A stretch of DNA of 39,966 nt from assembly GCA_017853515.1 (NCBI GenBank), contig JAFMJK010000001.1, positions 1 through 39,966 on the forward strand. The letters are read 5' to 3'. Shown here piece after piece: positions 31,938-39,884 of the stretch. The position numbers and the translations under genes are program-made. The stretch comes from Chthoniobacterales bacterium. GTDB taxonomy: Bacteria; Verrucomicrobiota; Verrucomicrobiia; Chthoniobacterales; JACTMZ01. The notes under the pieces were generated by a model. It worked only from the letters and a program-made list of their open reading frames with translations. It searched no databases and had not been told where the DNA came from. Each line of letters starts with the position of its first letter. The stretch's first letter is position 1.

Positions 31938-33021
31938 CTTCGCCCTGCTCTTCGCCTTGGCGGCTTGTGTCCGGGCCGAGGGGTCGCCCGATTGGAAACA
32001 GGCGCTGCCCGGATGGCGTTACGAATTCCCGCGCGACCATCACGCGCACCCGGATTTCAAAACCGAATGGTGGTATTTCACCGGCAATCTCGAGGCGGAG
32101 GACGGACGCCGTTTCGGTTTCCAGCTCACCTTTTTCCGTCAGGGCGTGCGGCGCGGCGCGGCGGACAGCCGCTTTGCCGTGGATGACATCAAGCTGGCCC
32201 ACTTCGCGGTGACCGATATCGGTGCGCGGCGTTTTCATCATGCCCAGAAAGTTTCCCGCGGCGCGTTCGGCGAAGCCGGCTTTGCCGATGGCGACCGCAT
32301 CGCCTGGATCGGGGATTGGGAACTTGTGTCGACCGGCGAGGGAAAGTTCCGCTTGGCGGCGCGCGACAAGGATTTTGCCCTGTCGCTTGATCTCGCCGCG
32401 GGCAAACCGCCGGTCTTCCACGGCGAGAACGGCGTGAGTCAAAAATCGGCCGGCGAGGGGAGAGCTTCGCATTATTACTCGTTCACCCGACTCCAGGCGT
32501 CGGGAACCCTCGAACTCGAAGGCAAACCGATCGCCGTGCGCGGCCTTGCCTGGTTCGACCAGGAGTGGGCGACCAACCAGCTGACCGAGAACCAAACCGG
32601 ATGGGATTGGTTCAGCATGCAGTTCGACGATGGAAGCGAACTGATGCTTTTCCAAATCCGGCTCAAGGATGGCGGACGCGATCCGTTCTCCCACGGCACG
32701 TGGATCGCCGCCGATGGCAAGGCTGTGCCGATCAAGCACGCCGACTTCGAACTGCAACCGGGACGCACTTGGCGCAGCGGCGAGACGCGCGGCGAATATC
32801 CCGTCGAATGGTCGGTGCGCATTCCCAAACTCGCCCTGGAAGTCGCGGTCGAGGCGGCCCTCGACGGACAGGAACTCGTCCTTCGTCCCATTTCTTACTG
32901 GGAAGGAAGTGTCGTCGCGCGCGGTCGGCGTGGTGACGCGGCCGTCACGGGACGCGGCTATCTCGAGATGACCGGATATGCGGGCGGTTTGGTTGGACTG
33001 CAAGCGCCCGGGCAACGCTGA
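31918..33021 (+). CDS. AttH/CrtC-like (carotenoid 1,2-hydratase fold) lipocalin-like secreted protein
   Basis: GTG start at 31918. Signal peptide KRSFTNFALLFALAACVRA. Motifs FPRDHHAHPDFKTEWWYFTGNL, HYYSFTRL, WFDQEW and WDWFSMQFDDG. Overlaps the upstream gene by 20 nt. Confidence 0.8.
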   Translation: MKRSFTNFALLFALAACVRAEGSPDWKQALPGWRYEFPRDHHAHPDFKTEWWYFTGNLEAEDGRRFGFQLTFFRQGVRRGAADSRFAVDDIKLAHFAVTDIGARRFHHAQKVSRGAFGEAGFADGDRIAWIGDWELVSTGEGKFRLAARDKDFALSLDLAAGKPPVFHGENGVSQKSAGEGRASHYYSFTRLQASGTLELEGKPIAVRGLAWFDQEWATNQLTENQTGWDWFSMQFDDGSELMLFQIRLKDGGRDPFSHGTWIAADGKAVPIKHADFELQPGRTWRSGETRGEYPVEWSVRIPKLALEVAVEAALDGQELVLRPISYWEGSVVARGRRGDAAVTGRGYLEMTGYAGGLVGLQAPGQR

Positions 33022-33196
33022 TCCCAGCAGTGGAAAAAATTCAAAAAGAGCACCGACGGCGAGGACGCCGCCGCTACAATGTCATGTGGAGGTATAGCGT
33101 CGGTGTTCCCGCCGTTGCTTCCTTTTTATCTTTGGTGCGCAAACGCGCTCGGCAAAGAGTGATACGAATCGCGAAAAGTTTTTTGACGATTGGAAA

Positions 33197-33263
33197 GGTG
33201 GATCGCGCCGTCCCGGCGCGATATCCGAGTCAGGCCATCGCGATGGGGACATCGCGATCCACC
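33197..33263 (+). repeat. full 67-nt TIR repeat element (reference copy)
   Basis: GGTGGATCGCGCCGTCCCGGCGCGATATCCGAGTCAGGCCATCGCGATGGGGACATCGCGATCCACC. 11-nt terminal inverted repeats GGTGGATCGCG / CGCGATCCACC. Internal hairpin CGCGCC-GTCC-GGCGCG. Confidence 0.85.
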
Positions 33264-33298
33264 TCGCTCAAAGTCTTGAACCTTCCGGAACTTCACAT

Positions 33299-35179
33299 TT
33301 AGCGGGGGCGCGGTTGGAGTTCGCCTTGGATGGTGTATTGCGGCAGCGGTTGCGATGTCCACACGCGACCCGACGCGCGGCGCTCCGCGGGCGAGGCAAA
33401 CTCCAGCAACTCGAGTCGCAGCCGGAACAGTCGCGGCGTCAGATCGGCAGCGCCGCCGGGCGAAAGCAATCCTTTCACCTCGGGAGAACCTTCCTGCAGA
33501 CGCGCGAGCAGCGGCATCATCCAAGCCGGGGGTTGTCCGCGTTCGCGATATTCCAGCGCCGCGAACCACATCTGCCAGTCGAGCCGCGGCATGTGCGGCA
33601 TGAAGAAGGGCAAAGTGCTGTCCGCCGCATCCATTTTGTAGGGAAAGCGGTAGGCTGCCCAGTTGACGCCGTCCGCGCTCGCCTCGACGGTGATTTCGGG
33701 ACGCTCGACGGTCATGACGCTGAACAATCCGTAGGAATTGGTGCTGCGGAAGGGCGCGACGGGGCCAAGCACGGGGCCGATCCAGGCGGGCGGACAAAGT
33801 CGCAACACCATGAGCAGCGTGATCGCGGTCGGCACGAGGATTGCCGCGGCCAGCCACGGGACGAGAACGCGCTGCAGCTTCGGCAGCGAACGTGTTTTTC
33901 CGGACGCGAAAAAATTTCGCACGCGCGCCGGCCATGATTGGTCGTCGACCAGCGCGAGGCAGAGTGCGAGGGTGAGGAGGTTGAAAAATCCGTAGTGCCC
34001 CGTGGCCATGATCAACACCATGAGCAGGGTGAATCCCCAAAACGCGACCATGCGCAGGCGTCGCGGAGCGAAAATGAAAAACGGCAGCACGAGCTCGATA
34101 AAGAACGTGCCGTAAAGCGAGAGGCGCTGGAACCACGCGGGGAGTTGCCCGGCCCACCAGCTGGCCCACACCGGAATCGGCTGGGTGAAATAGTGATAGT
34201 CCAGCGCGGTGCCCTCGAGCCACGCGTTCATCCCGTCCGCGTTGTAGCCGTAAAATTTGACCACGCCCGATTCGAACATGAGGCGGAAGAGCAGCCACCA
34301 GACAAGGAGGCGTCCCCAGCGCGAAGGTTCGCTCGATCCGCGGGCGAGATGGCGACGCCACGGAACATAGATGGCCGCGAGCAATGCGGCCTCCAGGAGC
34401 AGCGCGTCCCATTGGAAGTTGAGAAACACCGGCACCGTCGCGGCGAAGGACAAATAGCAAGCCCATGCGACCAGCGCGGACAGGGCGGGAACGAGCCCGA
34501 GCGCGAGGAGCAGCGAAGCCGCCGTGCCCACGGCCAACCAAGCGTGCAGGTGGGCGTCCGATGCGCCCCACCACAAAAAGGACGGCATGTTAAGCCAGGC
34601 CTGCGCCATCCCGCCGTTGTTGCGGAAATGGTTTTCCGCCGCGGCGAGTTGTTCGCCCACGGGGAGGATGCCGCGGGAGCCGGCCAATCCGTCGATCTGC
34701 ACCCAGAGCGAAACGAAAGCGCTGAGAAAAACAAGGCCGATGGCGCGCGGGAAGATCCAGCCCGAGACTTGGTATGACGACGCGATGGCTCCCGGACCCC
34801 AGAGCAGCTTGGTCAGCGCGGTGAAAAACGGCCGGTGTTCCGCGACAAAACGGTAGGACGCTTCGCTGACTAAGCGGAAGGGCGGAATTGCCCGGTGCAG
34901 AGCGAGAAAGAAACGCGCCCGCAGACTGTGCGGCGCGAGCGCGGCCAGCGCAGCTTCGGCGCCGGTGAGCAACGAGCCGTCGGCCTGCGCCAGAACGATG
35001 CGCTCCGGCGGCAATCCGCCCGCCGCCTCGACGACGCGGGCGGGCGCGTTTTGCACCACTTCGTAGTCCGTGCTTTCGCCGGTCGCCTGCCGCCAGCGGT
35101 CCGCCCAGCGCCGGCAGAAGTCGCAGTCCCGGTCCCAATAAAGGACCGGTTTCGGCGGGGGTGCGGCGCTCGGGTCCAT
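33299..35179 (-). CDS. fusion protein: DCC1-like thiol-disulfide oxidoreductase (DUF393) domain plus lipase maturation factor (LMF) family membrane domain
   Basis: 626 aa. N-terminus VLYWDRDCDFCRRWADRW (DUF393 CxxC). The remainder is polytopic, with LMF-like blocks (WDALLLEAALLA, FRLMFESGVVKF, HYGFFNLLT, FMPHMPRLDWQMWFAAL). Confidence 0.8.
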   Translation of the reverse strand: MDPSAAPPPKPVLYWDRDCDFCRRWADRWRQATGESTDYEVVQNAPARVVEAAGGLPPERIVLAQADGSLLTGAEAALAALAPHSLRARFFLALHRAIPPFRLVSEASYRFVAEHRPFFTALTKLLWGPGAIASSYQVSGWIFPRAIGLVFLSAFVSLWVQIDGLAGSRGILPVGEQLAAAENHFRNNGGMAQAWLNMPSFLWWGASDAHLHAWLAVGTAASLLLALGLVPALSALVAWACYLSFAATVPVFLNFQWDALLLEAALLAAIYVPWRRHLARGSSEPSRWGRLLVWWLLFRLMFESGVVKFYGYNADGMNAWLEGTALDYHYFTQPIPVWASWWAGQLPAWFQRLSLYGTFFIELVLPFFIFAPRRLRMVAFWGFTLLMVLIMATGHYGFFNLLTLALCLALVDDQSWPARVRNFFASGKTRSLPKLQRVLVPWLAAAILVPTAITLLMVLRLCPPAWIGPVLGPVAPFRSTNSYGLFSVMTVERPEITVEASADGVNWAAYRFPYKMDAADSTLPFFMPHMPRLDWQMWFAALEYRERGQPPAWMMPLLARLQEGSPEVKGLLSPGGAADLTPRLFRLRLELLEFASPAERRASGRVWTSQPLPQYTIQGELQPRPR

Positions 35180-35289
35180 GCTGGCAATCAGCCTGCAACG
35201 GTGTATGTTCGCTGTCCAGTTGTCCCCGGGCCGGCCGGCGCATCACGGGTGCCGGCCTTTTTGGCCTGCGGGACAGACGACGAGGCCTC

Positions 35290-37812
35290 ATGGCACGCAA
35301 CAGATACTCCTGGGAGGAAAAGCCATCCCGCCGCCGCAAAAGCTCCTGGTGGCGGTGGCTCGTCCTTTTCCCCGTTCTCGCGGTCCTCGCGGCCGGCGCG
35401 ATCGGTGCCATCGTCTTCTTTCTCGTCCGTGCCGAGTTCCTGCAGCTTGCCGCGCAGTTCGATCTCGAGCGACTCGAGAAAATGGAAGCGGCCTCGACCA
35501 TCTACGACCGCAAGGGCGGCGTGGTGGGCAAGATTTTCATCCAGAACCGCGAGCCGGTCCCTTATGACAAACTTCCCGAACTTCTCGTCCAGGCCGTCGT
35601 CGCCACGGAGGACCAGAAGTTCTGGAGCCATGACGGCGTGGATTACCAGGGCATGGCGCGCGCCGCGCTGGCCAACTGGTCGGCGGGCCGCATCCGTCAG
35701 GGCGCGAGCACGGTGACGCAGCAGTTGGCCCGCAACTCGTTCGACCTGAAAGAGCGCACCTATCGCCGCAAGCTGCTCGAGATCGCTTTGGCCCACCGCA
35801 TCGAGGAGCGGTTTCCCAAGGAGAAGATCATGGAATTGTATCTGAACCGCGTTTACTTCGGCGGCGGACTCTACGGCGCCGAAGCCGCGGCGCGCGGTTA
35901 TTTCGGTATTCCCGCCTCCGCGCTATCCGCCGGGCAGGCGGCCACGCTGGCCGGGTTGCTCAAGAGCCCGAACAGCCTCTCGCCTTGGACCAACAAAAAG
36001 GGGGCCGAGGAAAGCCGCAACTACGTCCTCGGCCAGATGCGTTCCCTCGGCTTCATCTCCAGAGCGGCCTACGACGAAGCCGTGGAGTCGCCTCTCATCG
36101 TCCGCCAGCGCATGGCGCCGAAAAAGCTGTCTTACGCCATCGAATACATCCGCCAGCATGCGGTGAACTCGCTCGGTTTCGACCGCGCCATGAACGGCGG
36201 GTTCCGCATCTACACCACGCTGGATCCGGCCATGCAGTTCGAGGCGGAGAAGGCCCTCCGCCGCAAACTCGACGAGATCGAGAAGCGCCCCGGTTACGCC
36301 AACCAGACGTTCGCCGAATTCCAAGCGCGCTACGAAGCCAACCCGCCCAAGCCCGGCGAATCCAACACGCAACAGCCCGATTATCTGCAGGGCGCGGTGC
36401 TCGCGGTGGAGAACAAAACCGGCGGAATCCTCGCCATGGTGGGCGGACGCGATTTCCTGCACAGCGAATACAACCGCAGCGTGCAGGGCGAGCGCCCGCT
36501 CGGCACGGCCTTCGCCCCGATACTTTTCGCGGCGGCTTTCGAGAAAGGCCTCTATCCCGGCACTGTGGTGCAGGACTGGGCGCTGGACAACCGACTCGTC
36601 GCCTTCGGCGGCGAAGCCGGTATTCTCGGCGAGTGGGGCGTCGAGCGCGCCGACAACGAATACGAAGGCGAGATCACCGCGCGCGAGGCTTTGGTCCGCG
36701 GCAAAAATGGCGCGGTGGTCCGCGTCGGTTTCCAGACCGGTCTCGATGCGGTGGGCAAGCTGGCCGGCGAAGCCGGCATCAAATCGACCTTGCGCCCCTA
36801 CGCCAACACCTACCTCGGTTCGAGCGAACTCTCGTTGGAGGAAACGGTCCTCGCTTACACCACGTTCCCCGGCGGCGGCACGCGCCCGTTGCAGACCCAC
36901 ATCATCAGCCGCATCGAGGGTCCCGATGGCGAAATCGTTTTCGAGCACGTGCCGGAGCGCAAAAAAGTCATTGCGGACAGCTCCGCATGGCAGGTGCACA
37001 GCCTGCTCGGCGATGTCCTCACCCGCGGCACGGGCAGCGCGGCCATGGCCGATTACGGGCTGGCCGTCGCCGGCGCGGCGGGAAAGACGGGCACGGCTTA
37101 CAATTTCACCGATACGTGGTTCATCGGATACACCGAGGCCGTGACCTGCGGCGTGTGGGTCGGTTTCGACCGGCCGCGCCAGATTTTCCGCGGCGCTTTC
37201 GCCAAGGACCTGGCCCTGCCGGTCTGGGTCGATGTGATGAATGCCTCGCGCACCGATTTTCCCTCCGAGCCGATGAAAGCGCCGGTCAGCGTGGAGAAAA
37301 TGAAGGTCTGCCGCGTCTCCGGCCAGTTGGCCACCGACAAGTGTCTCGAGACAACGCGTGTGCCCGGCGGACAGGACATCACCGAGTCGACCGCCTACGA
37401 GGAATACGTGAAAGTCGGCGCGGGGCCGTCCGTCGAGTGCCCGATCCACTCGAGCGGAGTGAAAAATTACCTCAAGGAATTCGCCGAGGAAGAATGGCCG
37501 CGGCCCGAGATGGCGATCGACCTGACGAAGATCCGGCCGGTCGATATTTCCTCGGCTGCGGTGGTCGGTGCGGCCGATCCATACAACGCGGTTTCGCCCG
37601 CCGCCATGGACGGCGACGGCGCGATTCCTGTCGCGCGCGCCGAAGCCGTGGTGCCCGGCACGTCGGCGCCCGCCGATGCCACGGCCTCCGGTGATCCGGC
37701 CAAGCCCGCGCTCTCCGAGGTGCGCGCCGCCGAGCCGGTGGGGGTCAAAGAATCGATCGAATCCGATTTCCCAGGCGTGGCCTTGCCCGAGCCGCAGCCC
37801 ATCCGGTTCTAG
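35290..37812 (+). CDS. mrcA: class A penicillin-binding protein (PBP1A-type transglycosylase/transpeptidase)
   Basis: ATG at 35290 (MARNRYSW). TM anchor. GT51 motifs ATEDQKFWSH.GVD and GASTVTQQLARN. Transpeptidase motif KTGT. About 130-aa low-complexity C-terminal tail. Confidence 0.92.
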   Translation: MARNRYSWEEKPSRRRKSSWWRWLVLFPVLAVLAAGAIGAIVFFLVRAEFLQLAAQFDLERLEKMEAASTIYDRKGGVVGKIFIQNREPVPYDKLPELLVQAVVATEDQKFWSHDGVDYQGMARAALANWSAGRIRQGASTVTQQLARNSFDLKERTYRRKLLEIALAHRIEERFPKEKIMELYLNRVYFGGGLYGAEAAARGYFGIPASALSAGQAATLAGLLKSPNSLSPWTNKKGAEESRNYVLGQMRSLGFISRAAYDEAVESPLIVRQRMAPKKLSYAIEYIRQHAVNSLGFDRAMNGGFRIYTTLDPAMQFEAEKALRRKLDEIEKRPGYANQTFAEFQARYEANPPKPGESNTQQPDYLQGAVLAVENKTGGILAMVGGRDFLHSEYNRSVQGERPLGTAFAPILFAAAFEKGLYPGTVVQDWALDNRLVAFGGEAGILGEWGVERADNEYEGEITAREALVRGKNGAVVRVGFQTGLDAVGKLAGEAGIKSTLRPYANTYLGSSELSLEETVLAYTTFPGGGTRPLQTHIISRIEGPDGEIVFEHVPERKKVIADSSAWQVHSLLGDVLTRGTGSAAMADYGLAVAGAAGKTGTAYNFTDTWFIGYTEAVTCGVWVGFDRPRQIFRGAFAKDLALPVWVDVMNASRTDFPSEPMKAPVSVEKMKVCRVSGQLATDKCLETTRVPGGQDITESTAYEEYVKVGAGPSVECPIHSSGVKNYLKEFAEEEWPRPEMAIDLTKIRPVDISSAAVVGAADPYNAVSPAAMDGDGAIPVARAEAVVPGTSAPADATASGDPAKPALSEVRAAEPVGVKESIESDFPGVALPEPQPIRF

Positions 37813-37993
37813 AGCGGTTTTTGGAAAAATCGCAGCCGCTGGTCTGAGCCGTATCCATGCATTTGAACCACGGATGACGCGGATTTCACGGATGGATCAA
37901 AGAAGGAATATTCCCGAAGCAAGTCCGTCCGCGTGTTTTGATCGCGATCGTTATGACATCAAGTCCCAAAATGTTTCAGACTTCGTTGCCTGG

Positions 37994-38076
37994 GGTAGGG
38001 ACGAGCGGACCTCCGGCTCGTAGAGCTCGCTCGTCCGCCTTCTTTCCGACGGACACGCGGGCCGCGTGTCCCTACC
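37994..38076. repeat. 83-nt nested-palindrome element
   Basis: Outer inverted repeat GGTAGGGA / TCCCTACC. Hairpin 1: GGACGAGCG (37999-38007) / CGCTCGTCC (38028-38036), with a GTAG in its loop. Hairpin 2: GGACACGCG-GGC-CGCGTGTCC (38051-38071). Confidence 0.75.
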
Positions 38077-38191
38077 CTCGGAAGCTTGTCCGATCGTCCG
38101 GATCATTTTCGGGCTTGGTGTTCGCCCTGGCCTTGCCCGCGCGTTTTGATCGCGGAGGGCATGCCAATCGTCCGAAAACTTCTTGTTGGTA

Positions 38192-39829
38192 TTACAAATG
38201 CGCGCGGAGGATTCGTCCGAATTCCTTGATGCCTTCCGGGTTCTCGTGCGCTCCGTGGCCGGAGGGGACGATTTTTTCCGAGACGGCATCCTTCATGTGC
38301 GAGCTCCAGTAAGGCACCACGCCATCGGAGCTGTTCGGCGCGTCGCCTCTGCCGCGGTCGCCGATAACCGAGTGGTAGGGCACGCCGGGGCGCATGGGGA
38401 GATTGAGGATGGCTTTGAGCAGCGGTGAGTTGGCGCGCAGGAAGACGATGCTGTTGGCCGGGGCGACGAAGAGATCGCGGTATTCCTCGCGAACGGCGCT
38501 GCGCAGCCGGTTCATGTCGGTCTGCATCCACCCGAAAGGAAGTTTGATCAGTCGCGCGAAAAATTCGGCGAACGGATTCACGGCCAGCTCGCTCCCGCGG
38601 TGCGGCGTGGCGAAGAAAACGACGCGCGCGATTTCCGGGCGCGGTTGGAATTCGACGATGTGCGTGATGCGCTCCTTCATCTGGGGGGAGAGGTCGAGTT
38701 CCTGCGGCGGCGTGTCCATGAATTGCTTCCACAGTTTTCTTCCGCCGGCGCGGACCTGCAGGCTGGAGATGAGGCCGCCCATGCTGTGCCCGGCCAGAAC
38801 CATGCGGCCGAAGTCGCCGTTGCTGCGCTGCGGGTCGAGCGTCCGGCGGTAGCGGTCGAGTTCGCCGCGCAGCTTGGCGGCCGAGGCCCAGACGGGCAGC
38901 CCGGTCGGATAGAGGAAAAACCAGAACTGGTAGCGCTCGCGGATCTGCTCGTCGGCCAGCAATTCGTTCACCGCGGGCACCCAGGTTTCCGGGCGCGACA
39001 TCAGGCCGTGCACGAAAACGACGGGGATTTTGTCGGGATCGTAGCGCTGGAATTGATAGAGACCGGCGTGATCCATGTTCCGGTCCGTGCGGATGAGCGC
39101 GCGGATATCCATGTTCCGGTTGCGTCCCTGCGAGAGCATATAGGCGAGGGGCGCGGAAAAATCCGCGGCCAGATGCACGCTCCGGCCGCCGATGGTCACG
39201 TCGTCGTCGACGCGTGTGCGGTAGAAAATGATCTGCGGAGATTTGCCGTCCTCGGTGACCAGCGCGGTGACCGGTTCGCACAGGCCGGCGAGGGGAGGAA
39301 CGCCGGGTTGGCCGCGCAGGACGGGAGACTTGGGTTCGAAGTGCGCCACATAGGGAACGCCGGCGCCTGCTTGTGTCGAGCGCGCGCGCAGTCTTTTGAT
39401 CTGCACCGCATCCGCCGCGATGAGTTCGTCCGCCGTGCGCGGATCCATCGTGCGTTTGGTGTCGCCGGAAGCGGTGATGGTTTTCCCGTCCGGCAAGGCG
39501 AGCGGGGCGAATTGTTGTGCGGCCATCATGGCGACCAACGCGCGCGTCGCCAGGCCGTTGATCTGATGGCCTGGTGTGCCCGGTTTGGCCGATGCGGTCA
39601 TCTGCGCCGCTTCGAGCAAGGCGGCAGCGCGCTCGGGTGCCGCCAGATTTTTTTGCCCGGCCTTGGCCAGCAGTGCGGCGGCCGGCGAATCGCCGTTCGA
39701 TCTAGCCACGTGAAGCGCGTCGCTGCGCAAAGTAGCTGCATTTTCTTTCTTCACCTTCACCCCCACGACCGCGCACCCGGTGGCAAGAAACGGCAGGAGA
39801 AGAAGGGCGAGGTGGCGCGGGGTTGTCAT
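38192..39829 (-). CDS. lipoprotein alpha/beta-hydrolase (esterase/lipase-like)
   Basis: Lipobox LLLLPFLATGC. About 270-aa N-terminal region of unknown fold. Then VVFVHGL (oxyanion HG), the GHSMGG nucleophile elbow, and downstream DGVV and SGHGAH candidates for the catalytic Asp and His. Confidence 0.8.
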   Translation of the reverse strand: MTTPRHLALLLLPFLATGCAVVGVKVKKENAATLRSDALHVARSNGDSPAAALLAKAGQKNLAAPERAAALLEAAQMTASAKPGTPGHQINGLATRALVAMMAAQQFAPLALPDGKTITASGDTKRTMDPRTADELIAADAVQIKRLRARSTQAGAGVPYVAHFEPKSPVLRGQPGVPPLAGLCEPVTALVTEDGKSPQIIFYRTRVDDDVTIGGRSVHLAADFSAPLAYMLSQGRNRNMDIRALIRTDRNMDHAGLYQFQRYDPDKIPVVFVHGLMSRPETWVPAVNELLADEQIRERYQFWFFLYPTGLPVWASAAKLRGELDRYRRTLDPQRSNGDFGRMVLAGHSMGGLISSLQVRAGGRKLWKQFMDTPPQELDLSPQMKERITHIVEFQPRPEIARVVFFATPHRGSELAVNPFAEFFARLIKLPFGWMQTDMNRLRSAVREEYRDLFVAPANSIVFLRANSPLLKAILNLPMRPGVPYHSVIGDRGRGDAPNSSDGVVPYWSSHMKDAVSEKIVPSGHGAHENPEGIKEFGRILRAHL

Positions 39830-39884
39830 CGTGGCGGGGAATGAAGCAGTCCGCTCGAACTGTGCCCAGAGATTTCTTCGGGTT

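Noticed and set aside
33030-33302. 90-aa ORF sharing the peptide VDRAVPARY.SQ.IAMGTSRST with the 62-aa ORF 9888..10076(-), which looked like a conserved small protein
   Set aside because: The shared peptide is simply the translation of the 67-nt DNA repeat. The copies sit in different contexts and orientations, with no consistent start codon or ribosome-binding site.
35985-37694. 569-aa alternative-frame ORF inside the PBP1A gene
   Set aside because: It lies on the same strand but out of frame with a gene carrying complete GT51 and transpeptidase motifs. Its composition is Arg/Gly/Pro-rich.
38103-39844. 392-aa (minus) and 414-aa (plus) ORFs overlapping the alpha/beta-hydrolase gene
   Set aside because: Only the 38192..39829 minus frame has a lipobox, HG and GHSMGG motifs. 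The others are biased-composition shadows.
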